Positions 48,676-60,025 of a DNA stretch of 64,000 bases are shown here, in pieces. The translations under genes were made by a program, and so were the position numbers. Within the stretch, counting starts at the first letter, position 1; the number at the start of each line of letters is the position of its first letter. Location of the stretch: positions 310,001-374,000 of the forward strand of contig NW_027590185.1 in NCBI RefSeq assembly GCF_964213995.1. The letters are read 5' to 3'. The notes below the pieces were generated by a model. It did no database searches and was not told the DNA's origin. It worked only from the letters and a program-made list of their open reading frames with translations. This stretch comes from Mustelus asterias. Lineage: Eukaryota.

Positions 48676-49134
48676 ATGAAGATGCTCGTCATTTGGATTG
48701 TGTGGGGGGCATTTCTAACAGGTATTTCTGGGCATCACGTTAGTTTTCTCATTTCCAAAACTTGGGTGGAATCTTACTGTTGATTACACATCACTCTTTT
48801 CTTTATCTATTTGAACATATTTTCCAGGTCTGAGCCATGGAGATTCTGTCACTCAGCCGCTGTCCTCAGATGTTAAGCCAGAAGGAGACGTGGTGACATT
48901 AAACTGCAACTATGATACTGCAGAAACCATCTATAATTTATACTGGTACCGACAGCATCCAGACTCCCAGCCCGAGTACATACTGAGAAGGCCCTCGCGG
49001 GGTAATGAATATAAAGCAGATTTTGCTAAAATCCGTTTCTCGACTGACTTCCAAATCCCGAAGAAATCCATCAGTTTGACTATCTCGGATCTGCAGTTGT
49101 CTGACGCGGCCGTGTATTACTGCGCTTTCAGCCT
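48676..49134 (+). CDS. T-cell receptor alpha/delta V gene segment (TRDV/TRAV-like): leader 48676-48721, V exon 48828-49134
   Basis: MKMLVIWIVWGAFLT/G leader, GT-AG intron, DSVTQ..LNCNY..LYWYRQ..SLTISDLQLSDAAVYYCA. Confidence 0.9.
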
Positions 49135-49173
49135 CACAGTGATGGAAAGCAGCCTGACTCCTGTACAAAAACT
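49135..49173 (+). promoter_or_regulatory. 23-bp spacer recombination signal sequence
   Basis: CACAGTG + 23 nt + ACAAAAACT. Confidence 0.95.
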
Positions 49174-50330
49174 GTCTCAGCAAGATAAGTCAGAGCTCCT
49201 CGCTGCTGTATAGAACTTCTGGCAGATGCAGCCACAATGAGCAGCGGCGCTGTCAGCCGCTCAAACACAAACCGACAGGAAACCACATTCATCTCGGATC
49301 AACTGTCACCCAACTGTTTCCAGGAGAGGCCGAGAAAACAAACTGCAGAACCGTTTTAGGCCGACAAGTCCATCACATAATGAATGTGTCAATTAAATCG
49401 TCCCTTCTGCTGCTAATCAACTCTGTATTCCTCTAAAATCAGACCTGGGTGATAAAATCCCAAACATCCGTCAAACCTGGCCGTGAAGCGCCACACACAC
49501 AGCAGACGGACAGTTCTCCATGTCTGTGTGACGTCCTCTGATCCCGAAGTCCCTATTTGTCCTTTTCCTTCTTTTTCCATGCCTGCTTACCATATTGAAC
49601 ACCACTCGCTCCATCTCCCTTTTCAGTTTCTGGGGGCCTTTGAGGGTGAGCTGTTCATAGCGTTTATTTGATCAATATTGCTACATTCCAGACAGCTTGC
49701 ACACCCTGAACACATTTCATAAAGTTGTGACTTTGATTTCTCAAACAAATCCGAGCAGCCAATTTCCACATCTCCCTGACTGTCTCCACCTGATACCAGG
49801 GTAGCATTAAACTTCTTATCATATCTGGCTTGTTCATCTGTTTGTCGCTGCTCCTTGATTCTGTAAATCAGATGAATATTTGAATACTGTTTGGGAAACA
49901 TTGTGAAATTCAATTGAATGATCAAAGTCAATGAGTTCTGAAATCTGTTCATTTTTCATAAACTGTTTCGGACGCAACAGCACAGTCTGATCAAAAAAAA
50001 ACAGAGAACTGGTCTCGGGCCAAAGGCTCCAGAAATCTAAAAGGGGAGATGAGGAAGAGTTGTTTAATGTTACAGAGAGGCATGGAAACAGCTTCAAAAC
50101 ACTAAGTCAACGAAATAGATCAAATAGATTTATAACGGCGAGTTTAATTATGAACGCGAGTTAAAACCAACTAATACAATTCCACAAGTGTCCCTCACCT
50201 CTTCTTATGGGGGGTTATATTTTGTTCTTTTCGGAAGATTCCTGTGACTCCCACTGAGTTTAATTCTTGTCCCTATTTATCGGTGTGACAGCGCCATCCT
50301 CTGGCCACCAACTGGAACACCCATTCTGGG

Positions 50331-50783
50331 GAGTTTCGTACTGGATCCGCTCTATGTATCTATGTGTGCTCCATCGCACGGAAATACACAGCAGTATCCG
50401 ACAGAAGATATAAAGGAACTGTTTTGTTTCCCTTCAGCAAATCTGCAGAGAACTTCGGTTTGGGGACCTTTCTTCACCCCCTAAGCTATATTTCTTCAGC
50501 AAATATCTCGGAGCTTCCCCGGAAGACTGCATGTACCAGAGTAGAGTTAGGGTAGTGTAGATTATCAAGTAACGGCAGTCCAGTCCACACTGTCCTTCCC
50601 GAATTGTCAATTCGAAATGAACCTGGAACACTGAAGTTTTGCCACTCATTCATGTCACACAAATACAGATTGGCTCAAAAGTCAGGGTTTAAAAATAACC
50701 ACTGGATGACATGGTTACCATTTAATAATGGACCCGCCGGGCAGCAAGATCATTATAATCAGTAAGGAGCATGGAGAACACAT
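50331..50783 (-). pseudogene. Inverted TCR V pseudogene
   Basis: Leader MCSPCSLLIIMILLP; ..LDCRY..LLWYMQSSGEAPRYLLK.. then a frameshift to FSADLLKGNKTVPLY-LSDTAVYFRAM (second Cys->Arg); degenerate RSS. Confidence 0.8.
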
Positions 50784-51707
50784 GGTTTCCGTGTATACAT
50801 CTCGATACAAAGTAACAAAATGCTCTAATTCTGCCGGTGATTCCAATCTAGTGTAAAGGGTAGCCCCTGTTATAGTCTGGTTTTATTTTTTGAGAAACTG
50901 AGGGGCATTTCCCTGAGACAGGATTGGCTACTCTGCCGGAACTGATGGATATTCCCCGCCAATAAATGAGAGCTGTGAAGAATCGCATTTTCTGATTCCT
51001 TCTGTGTCTTATGCGACTTTCCTCATAACTCTGTCTCATTGCTTCCGTCTCTCTGTTATACCAACCTCTCATTTTTTGTAAACCTCCTTATCGCTATCAA
51101 ATGACTGGAAATTAATTCAAATAATTCAAAGGGTGACAACAGAGTTTGACAAACTCGACAAACAAAGCTACCCGAAACCACCAGCAGGTGGCGTGACTTA
51201 CCGTCGTTGCGGAGTTTTCACATTGCTGCCTGAAAATCAATGTGCCCTTTCTATTTGTCTCATTTAATGAATCCGTCATTAGTAGAGACCATGTGAATGG
51301 CGGAGTAAATAAGAAGCAGATAGCTAAAGTTAGCGACATACATTTAAAGTCACGTGTGTTCTCTGCTCTTGGATTGTTTGGAAATGGATAATGTTCACCA
51401 GATTTAAGCAGTGATCCTTCCTTGTTGATCAGCCCCACTACTCGCCATCAGCAATTACTGAAACGATTCATTCCGCTGCTGTCTGCACCCGGGCAAAGAC
51501 GGTGAAATCAAAAGTAGCGGAGCAGACCATGGCTGTATTTCGCGTTTTATCGACAGTCATCCAATGGAGCAGCACCACCTTATCCTCACTGCTCACATCC
51601 GCACAGCGAAGTGTGTAAACCACCAAGGGAATCCTGCAAATCCATAACATTTGCAGATCGTGCGATGGGCCATTCACCCCATCGTGCGTGCTTGGCTGTC
51701 ATTAATT

Positions 51708-52030
51708 GGTACAGTGGCGTCACAGTGGTTAGCACTGCTGCCTCATAATTCCAGGGATCCGGGTTCAGTTCCAGGCTACGTGGAGTTTGCAGATGCTCCC
51801 AGTGTCTGTGTGGGGTGCCCCTTTTCCTCCGACAGTTCAAGGATGTGCAGGTTAGATGCGTTTAGCATGCCAACTTGTCAAATCTTTGTGGGTTAGAATA
51901 AATAGTCGCGATAAATCTGTGGGGTTACGGTGATGGAGTAGGGGAGAGGACCGGAAAAATATATTCTGTCGGAGAGTCACTGCAGACTCGAAGGTTCTGA
52001 TGGCCTCCTTTTGCAATGTATGGATTCGAA
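51708..52030 (+). mobile_element. Diverged V-SINE
   Basis: CAGTGGTTAGCACTGCTGCCTCA...GGGTTCAGTTCC head and V-domain. Confidence 0.65.
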
Positions 52031-53182
52031 GACAATTATTGATCTTTTAATCAACTGCATTCCCGAACCTCCACATTCCTTATGCAAACGTAATTGGAGC
52101 AGCGCTGGTAAGCTTAGTTCCAGCAATGTAGCTCAAACAGACATGAGAGTTTCTTTATTGAATTTTCAGTCATCTACCTGAATCACTCAAACATTCTGGT
52201 TCACTGTGTACCGTTCAGGATACCTGTCACTGAATCAAGTGGTTAGTTGTTTTCCGTCAAACACTTAGTCATCTCGGACCTCTTAATGAGGAAGTATGAT
52301 CTGTATTGCTGAACGTTCCCCTCCAGTTATTTCTCGGATCTGATCTGCTTTCTTCCCGACTACAAGATACAATAGTAAATCTTCCCTCGTTGGTGCTTTG
52401 TCCAGCATTTCGGATTATATAAGCATCTGAAACCAATCGTAGGAAGCTATTCGTTTACCTCCTTTACCGACTTCTTGCATGGAATTAATACGAGACAATA
52501 TAAATCTCCATTACTATTATTGCATAACTTGTCTGCATATTTCTTCCACTATCTTCCTTCCCGGTGCAGAGGCATGATGAGGGACACAATAAGTTCAGAG
52601 ATAGGGTTGTCGAGGTGAAGAGCTATAGAGTGACACGAACATGTACAGATTCCGAAAGATACTGAGAAAGAAACTCCTGATATTGAGTTTGATGTAACGG
52701 TTAAAATGCACTCAGTGTAAACGTTTCCATCGCATCTTCTGATTCTGATTCGCACGCTATCTCTCAAAGGCAATAAAGAAAGACTTCCATTTATATACCG
52801 CCGTTCATGACATCAGGACTTCACAAAGAGCTTTACACCCAAAGAAGTCTTCGAATTTTCATCACTGCCTTAATATAGGAGACGTGGCAGTTAATAGGCG
52901 CGCTTCAAACTCCACAAAGAACAAAGTGATAATCAGGTCATCGATTTTAGTGATATAGATTGGAGGGCTGATGGAAAGTGACATCTGTCAGAAAACCTGT
53001 CATTCTGTCATCTAAGTTGCCATTTCCGCTCATCGGTCGCACAGATATACATTCAAGTTCTCATTTCAGGTTTTGGCTCATTTAGTTCCACTGTTGAGGT
53101 GGAGGGTGGGTGATGCAGGCTTTATAAACCTATTACTAAGGGTCCGAAGCTGTGTTGCTGCTGTGTTCTGTATTCTGATATT

Positions 53183-53535
53183 ATGCATCATTTTCTCTTT
53201 TTGACATCGATATTCATTCTTCTCAGTCAGGCCAGTGAGGAAATGGAGGCAGTGTTTCAGGATCCACCGAGTATCAGAGTGAGTTACGGAGACAGTGTGA
53301 AGCTAAACTGCAATTATTCGACATCACATACTTCTACTGCTTTCTTCTGGTATATTCAGCACCCAGAGAAACACCCTCAATATCTATTGGAAAAAAGGAG
53401 TACTGGAAAAAATGTGACTGCCTTTGGGAAGCGGCTGCTTTATGCTTCTTTAGATAACACAGCAAGAACTGTTCCTTTAAGCATTCACTATGCGCAGTTC
53501 TCTGACAGTGCGATGTATTACTGTGTACTGGGACA
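53183..53535 (+). CDS. TCR alpha/delta V segment with apparently intronless leader
   Basis: Single frame MHHFLFLTSIFILLSQASEEMEAVFQ..LNCNYS..FWYIQHP..PQYLL..TVPLSI..SDSAMYYCVL; TTTATAAA ~60 bp upstream. Confidence 0.85.
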
Positions 53536-53574
53536 CACAGCGTTACCAGGTCAGTAGAGACCCGTACAAAAAAT
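53536..53574 (+). promoter_or_regulatory. 23-bp spacer RSS
   Basis: CACAGCG + 23 nt + ACAAAAAAT. Confidence 0.85.
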
Positions 53575-53969
53575 GTTCCTTCTTTCTAATATGACGTTTT
53601 GACTCCACACAAGGTTGTGGATATTTTGCAACTGCCGCAGCAATGTGATGTACATTCTATTAACTACATTCGACAGTTAAATTTGTCTGTATCTGGTTCA
53701 CTATCTCGTCGGTTGGGCTTTCTCCACCTGCTCAGACTCTTTTCGCAAATCTCTTTATGTGGTTCCCGCATGCCTGACTGTGAGGTTTGTCATTCTCTCT
53801 CTCTCGCTCGCTCCCACATTCTCAGTTTTCTTTTCTCACATTCCCGTTTTTATCGCCCCATCAGACGCATTGCACTCGGTCTCATCTCCCGTTGATTTGC
53901 AATGGTATTAATTATCTCCGAGTATTATCATCCTCTGGGTTGGCATTGAACAGAAACTGAGCTGGATTA

Positions 53970-54048
53970 TTGTGTGTTTGTGTGCGTGCGCGTGCGCGCG
54001 TGTGTGTGTGTGTCTGTTTGTCTGTCTGTGTTTTGTGCGTGTGTGTGT
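53970..54048. repeat. (TG)n/(CG)n microsatellite
   Basis: TGTGCGTGCGCGTGCGCGCGTGTGTGTGTGTG alternating purine-pyrimidine tract. Confidence 0.85.
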
Positions 54049-57000
54049 CCCTATTTCTCTTACTATTCTTTCTGTCTATCGTTTTCTATAGTTCTGCCTC
54101 TCTATTTTCACTCTGTTGTTCTCTCAGCTGGACTTATGTCGTGCTCAACGGTTTGCAACTGTAACAAAATTAATTTTCTCTTAACCACACCCACTGATCC
54201 AATACATTAGTGCCTAACGGTATTAGATTGCAGTTTACTGGATCAATATTTCTGCTCAATTCGGTGACACGATTTCTCAACCAGTTTTTATTTTATATTG
54301 TCCCACAAATCTTTCTATTGGCAACATCAATTTCTGATACTATGATCACTATTGCTGAGATTTTCTACTTCACCCACCTCCTTCCACATGGAATACAATC
54401 ACAGAATCATTGCAGCACATCCAAGCTTTCGGCCCTTCCATTCCAGGCTAGCTCCTTGCAATAACACTTTACCTATATTCACTAGCCGACAGTTCCTAAT
54501 AACTGTGGAATTTCATTTCATTCAGCTGTTAATGCTATTGCTCTTTGAAAACCATGTGCTCATCGGTCTTTGCCACCAATTAATTTAACTGTAGACTTAA
54601 ATCTACCATCCTGCCTGCGCCCTGTATCCTTTGACTCCGTTGTAGATCAGAAACATGTCCAATTCAGCATTCGATATTTGGAAGGCCACAAAAAAAAACC
54701 TGAGAGAAGAAATTCCTCTAATCTCTGCTAAATTGGAGGCCTCTTAATTTGAAATTGTGCCACGAGTTCTCCTTTCTTCAATCTCCACATCTATGTTGTG
54801 AAACACGCTGAGAAAAAGTTATGTTTCCAAATGTTCGTCTCTCATTGATCGATATTCAAGTGTATGCCGGCACTTCTAACTAAACATATTGCCATAATTC
54901 AAACATTTGTTCCCTGGAAATAACGTAATGAATCTTCCCCGAACAGCTTCCATGCACGTATAACCCTTCTTAAATCAGGACACGAAAATTGTGTTGAGGT
55001 ATGATTTCACCAACACTCTGTATAGTCAGAACATTTTGTTTGCCTTCCTAAATATGTACCGTACCTGCAATGCTAACGTGTTGTGATTTATGTACGTATG
55101 TACCTCGGTAACGTGCAGTCTGTAGTCTCTCCCAAAATAGTCTTATTTTCTATTCAAACCAGTAATCTGGACAATTTCATTTTTGCCCCATTTGCCTCAG
55201 GGACAAATGTCAATGTAACCTAATTTTTGGTGATAAACAATGGTTACTCCCCCGAAGTTCAGTGCGAGCATCACTGTTCTGCACTTTATATGTTCCGTGT
55301 TCTTGTCATGTTGATTGAAATTTCTAAATATTTCGAATTGTGTCACAGATTGAGAATTGTATCTTTCAGCTGCAAACGGACAGGTGCAGGCGAGCAGAAT
55401 TGGTAAATGAGTGAAAGCTGGAATTTAAGGTGATGCATCTTGACAAAAGGCGTTAACGAGGGCTGATATATGTCAATGCATGGAAGGGGTTCCAATGAAG
55501 GAGGTGGCTTTGCCCTAGATCATGCCACGTGCCTTCTTTGTTATTCCAAATGTCGTCCTCAGTTGACTGTGTGAATTCGTTTTCTGCTTTGTCCACTATC
55601 CAGGAGCGCAACTCCCTCTGCACATTCATTTTGTTTTACTTTTATGCCTTTGTTCCATTCCCTAAAGGATAAATCCTTCAGATTGGCACAAGGGGTTTCA
55701 ACACGAGGAGCCAGGAAACAAACCAGAACGCAACGACGATTTGTTAAGAACTGGGAAAAATTTAGATTCGGAATAAACTTATTAAAACAAATGAAAATTG
55801 GGTAATATAAATTTTTAAAAGGAAATTTATGAGGACAGCTGAAAGAAGGGGGTACTGATAAGTGAATTAACATGCCAGTCAGAAAAGCAAGGGTCCACAT
55901 ATATGATTGAGGGAATACAATCAGGTGTAGAAGAGGTAACTTCAATGTGATCGTTCAGGGAATTGGAACTTATATGCTCTAGATGCTCATACAGTTGTAT
56001 AATATTGGTTGCTGTTTGGCAATAAGGGGCATGTCAGATTTCAGGAAAAGTTGGTTGTTGGGAAAAAAGGGGTTACTTCATGTTAACGTCCGTATTTATA
56101 GCCATTAGTGTAGTTACGTGCACTGTATTGGTATTTTATCGTCATGCTTGTCATGCGCTTTTTAAAAATGTTAATAAATGTTCTTTATTAAATGATCGCA
56201 ACAAGACTTGACTGTTCCTCCCGGGTTTGCATATCGTACTAAATGGACACCAAATTGAAATATAAACCATTAAGCACCAGTGTTCCAAGTTACACCTCTA
56301 GGTTCTGGGATACCCTCGTATTTAACATTAGCAGGGTACGTAACAGATGTGTATTAGAGGCAGACAATGTGTGAGAATTGCGAAGATTAAGAAGCCACTT
56401 GGTTGAAACCTTGAAGATCCTGAAGGCTGTGACCGGCTGATTTTCTTCCTGATGGCCTTAATGTGTGGAATGTTTTCTCAAAGAAAGAGTACCTGCATTT
56501 CAACTCGTTCAATGATTCATGCAAGGACAAATCACCAAATAATGTTTCTCACTGATTTATTTTAGCACTTCACTTCTGACCTACGAGGTCACTTGACACT
56601 TTCACTTTTTGTATCCGGAGGCAGGAATTGCGAGAGGGACGGGATGAAAATTGAATAGTATGGGTATATAGTGTCTGGATTCAGATCATGAGAAGTTCTC
56701 AGTGACATGTTTCAACTCCTGTTTGAAGTTGACAGCGTGAATACTCAGAAGCTATTTCTCCATCCAGATAGTGTGAAGGATAAGAGTTTCAGATTAACGA
56801 AGAACGACTGGGATGATGAGAAAAAGCTGCGCTCCAATTGTTGATAATTTTGGATTTCACTATGTGATCGCCGTGGTTTTTCAATCGTTGAACATGGTCA
56901 GGATTGATGTTGATGCATTTCGGGGCACTGAATGGCTTAAGGGATAAAGGTACAGAGCAGATTTATTGTTTCATGAAAAAGATTGGTCCCAAACATGTTA

Positions 57001-57317
57001 AATGTCAGTACTGATTGGAGGAGCCGAGTGGCTTCTCTTCTCCCGATTCTTATTTTCTTAAGAGGAAATCTCTAAGGAAGGATGAAGACAGAATGGAAGG
57101 GACAGGTTACATTAGCCTGGTGATCAGAAAGCAGCTGCCTTCTTTATATGTGATACAACTTTCTTCAATTGCCACCTCAGTGGAATAAAAGGGAAACTCG
57201 TGGTAGTTTTCTTACAGAGCTGCCGAAGACCAATTTCACCTCACAAGTCAAGGCGAAAAATTCTGTGATGAAAATATACATTTCGATTTGTAATTTAAAC
57301 CAAACCTTTTGGATTTT

Positions 57318-59440
57318 CTACTTTACTATGCTTACAACGAGACTGCCAATATATTTTGCTGCATGTTTCAATTCTCCTCGGAATTTCCTCTGCGTCACTG
57401 CATAAATACACGTGTTAGTGCAACAGCTCAGCAGCTGCAGCATGTTTCCACTTTCTTGGCGAATGAATTTTGGGTCATTGAAATTGGATCCTCCGAAATA
57501 TGCTTCATTTGTAATTTTCACATAGAGGAAATCCACAACGTATGTCATCCACAACAGAATGAAACTTCCCGAGATGGCGAAGAGTAAAACAACAGATTTC
57601 TTCCTGTTCTTCATTTCTGGATCAATCTGATTATCTGCACTGCTGTGAGCCCGGAGTCGACGGCGGGATCTACTGGCCGCCAGGATGTGTCTGACGGTCA
57701 GTGCATTAAACAACAAAATCAGAAGGAATGGCAGAATGGGATTTAATATACGTGCAAACCAATCATAGGCTGTCCATGAGAAGGAAGTGTAGAAAGCTGA
57801 CTTTATATTACAAAACCATGGCACATTGTTCATTATATAGAGCGGTTCATACATAAAATACCAGGGAATGCTTTTTAAACAACTCAGCAAACAGACCATT
57901 CCAATCACCACAGCTGCTGTTTTCTCGGTGCAATAGTTTGCTTGTAGTGTCTGGCAGCAAATTGCTACATAACGATCAAAGGTGAAAACGACGGTTAACC
58001 AGACAGAACTCTCCGTGGCTGCATAGATTATCACAGTACTCAGAGTACAGGCTGGAGTCAACGACATAAAACTTACTGGAAAATAAATGCCAATAATCCG
58101 GTTGAATATCACAGCGGTGACAACGACAAGGAGATCCGTCACTGCCATGGAAACCAGATATCGAGTGATGCATTTGGAGAGACCACACCTTCCTCGGGAG
58201 AGGATCACAATCGCCATCAAGTTAACTGAGAGCAAAAGCAAAATTAAAGTTGTAAATTTATTCAACAAATTCCAAGCACACGCATGGGTGCTGCGGGTTT
58301 TTTTGTGACACTTTTGCTGGTTTATCTTCGTTATGGAAGACAGCTATTCTTGGCTTTTCAAGGTTAATTATATTTCAAAAAGAGCTACAAGGGCAGACTC
58401 CATTTATGTCGCAAATTTAACGCAAAGGGTGTCTCAAGTCGCTTCACAGGAAAGCAACGCAGCAAAATTTGACACCTAATAACATGAGGCGATATTAAGT
58501 TAAATGCTGAATAACTTGACAATGAGATACACTTAAGGAAACTATATAATGAGCAGAGTGAGGAAGAATGGCAATGGCAGCAATTGCAATGTTTGGGACC
58601 GAAAGGCTGTAGATCTCCGGGTTGCATGTAAAATTCGGCATTCAAGCTTTGGACCATGTAACAGATAAGCAGAATATCCTGTAAATACGCTTGACATATT
58701 AGTTACACCTGTGTGGTTAAAATGTATAATGTGATAAGGATTTGGTTTGGCTTGTTAGGATTCCACGGGAATATATTCAGTAAGTATGATGTGTCAAATT
58801 AACACAATTTAAGGAGCATCAGATGTGTTTTAATCAGAAATCCCGCTTGCTGGGAAAATACATTTCCAATCTGTTGAGCAATGACACTAATTGTTCCGTA
58901 ATGAGAAGTGAAAAAAAGGATATATATTGTCTGGAGTTTCGAAGAGTAAAGGCGATCTTGTTGAAACAAACAAACTTCTCGAAAGGCTTGACAGAGTGAA
59001 TACTGGAAGGTTGTGCCCGCTGATTTTGGAATCATGCCCAAAGATTGTATTGCTGGAAATGTTTTCTCACGTTTCCCCCTGTAGCTGAATGCCCAGGAAC
59101 TATAGGTTACAAAGATATGAAAAATCTTGCCTCGGTATATGCATGCTGGCAAGAACAGCCACAGAGTATTGAATGTGTCAGAGACTTAATGAGTAAGGCT
59201 TACGTTTAAGTAAAATACATATTTCAGTGATGAAAAGACAGGCTACCACTGAGCAATAATGTTTTAGAAGAAACCTGGAAACAATTATGTCATGTTCTTT
59301 ATTACCATAATGAGCGCTAACTTCATAAATTAATGATGCGTCAAATTAATGATTTAGTACCACGACTTACCTGGAACTCCAATGGCAGCAAGAATTGGAT
59401 AGTAAATGGCATAAACTACACCAGATATTCGCTCGTGCAT
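57318..59440 (-). CDS. Orphan class A GPCR, GPR139/GPR142-like; exon 1 59371-59440, exon 2 57318-58225 (325 aa)
   Basis: Exon 1 MHERISGVVYAIYYPILAAIGVP with G|GTAAGT joins phase 1 to CTCAG|TT-AAC; seven hydrophobic segments, MAVTD (TM2), FDRYVAIC (TM3), NTCIY (TM7); no stops. Confidence 0.85.
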
Positions 59441-59839
59441 TCTGTATGAGAAAAGATGACAGTTAAACACAAAGATTCTCTGTTACAAAGTCACAGGCAC
59501 CCACATTAATACTGTTGGAAATCTACAGGGACGCAATTAATTTCCAATATTATTTACACTTACTTGAACAAACAGATTCAGCACTCATTTTCCATGTTCA
59601 TTCTGGGAGGGGTTAGCATATTGCGATATTCCAGGGAGGGGACGATCTAGTCTTTATGTCTCCTGCCGCCTGGGTAATTTTGAGTTGAATTACTTAATAC
59701 TTGGGCAAAAGTAACGGATGCTTATCATGTGAAATGTTCATTATAATGATACAGCTAAAAAATATTACAGCCACGAGGCAGCAGGCAGCATAGCTCAGTG
59801 ACATTAGAACAGATGAAAATCGGAATGATAGTAAGATTT

Positions 59840-60025
59840 AAAAAACTACTGAAGCTGGAATCTGGAACAAAAACAGAAAATGCTGAAAAATCCCAGCAGG
59901 TCTGACAGCATCTGTGGAGCGAAGCGGTCTGACAAAGGGTCATTCAGACTCGAAACGTTGGTTCTATTTTCTCTCTGCAGATGCTGTCAGACCTGCTGAG
60001 ATTTTCCAGCATTTTCTGTTTTTGT
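59840..60025. mobile_element. Hairpin non-autonomous element with hammerhead-like core
   Basis: ACAAAAACAGAAAATGCTG..CAGCAGGTCTGACAGCATCTG arms are inverted around CTGACAA-A-GGGTC-ATTCA-GACTC-GAAA-CGTT. Confidence 0.7.
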
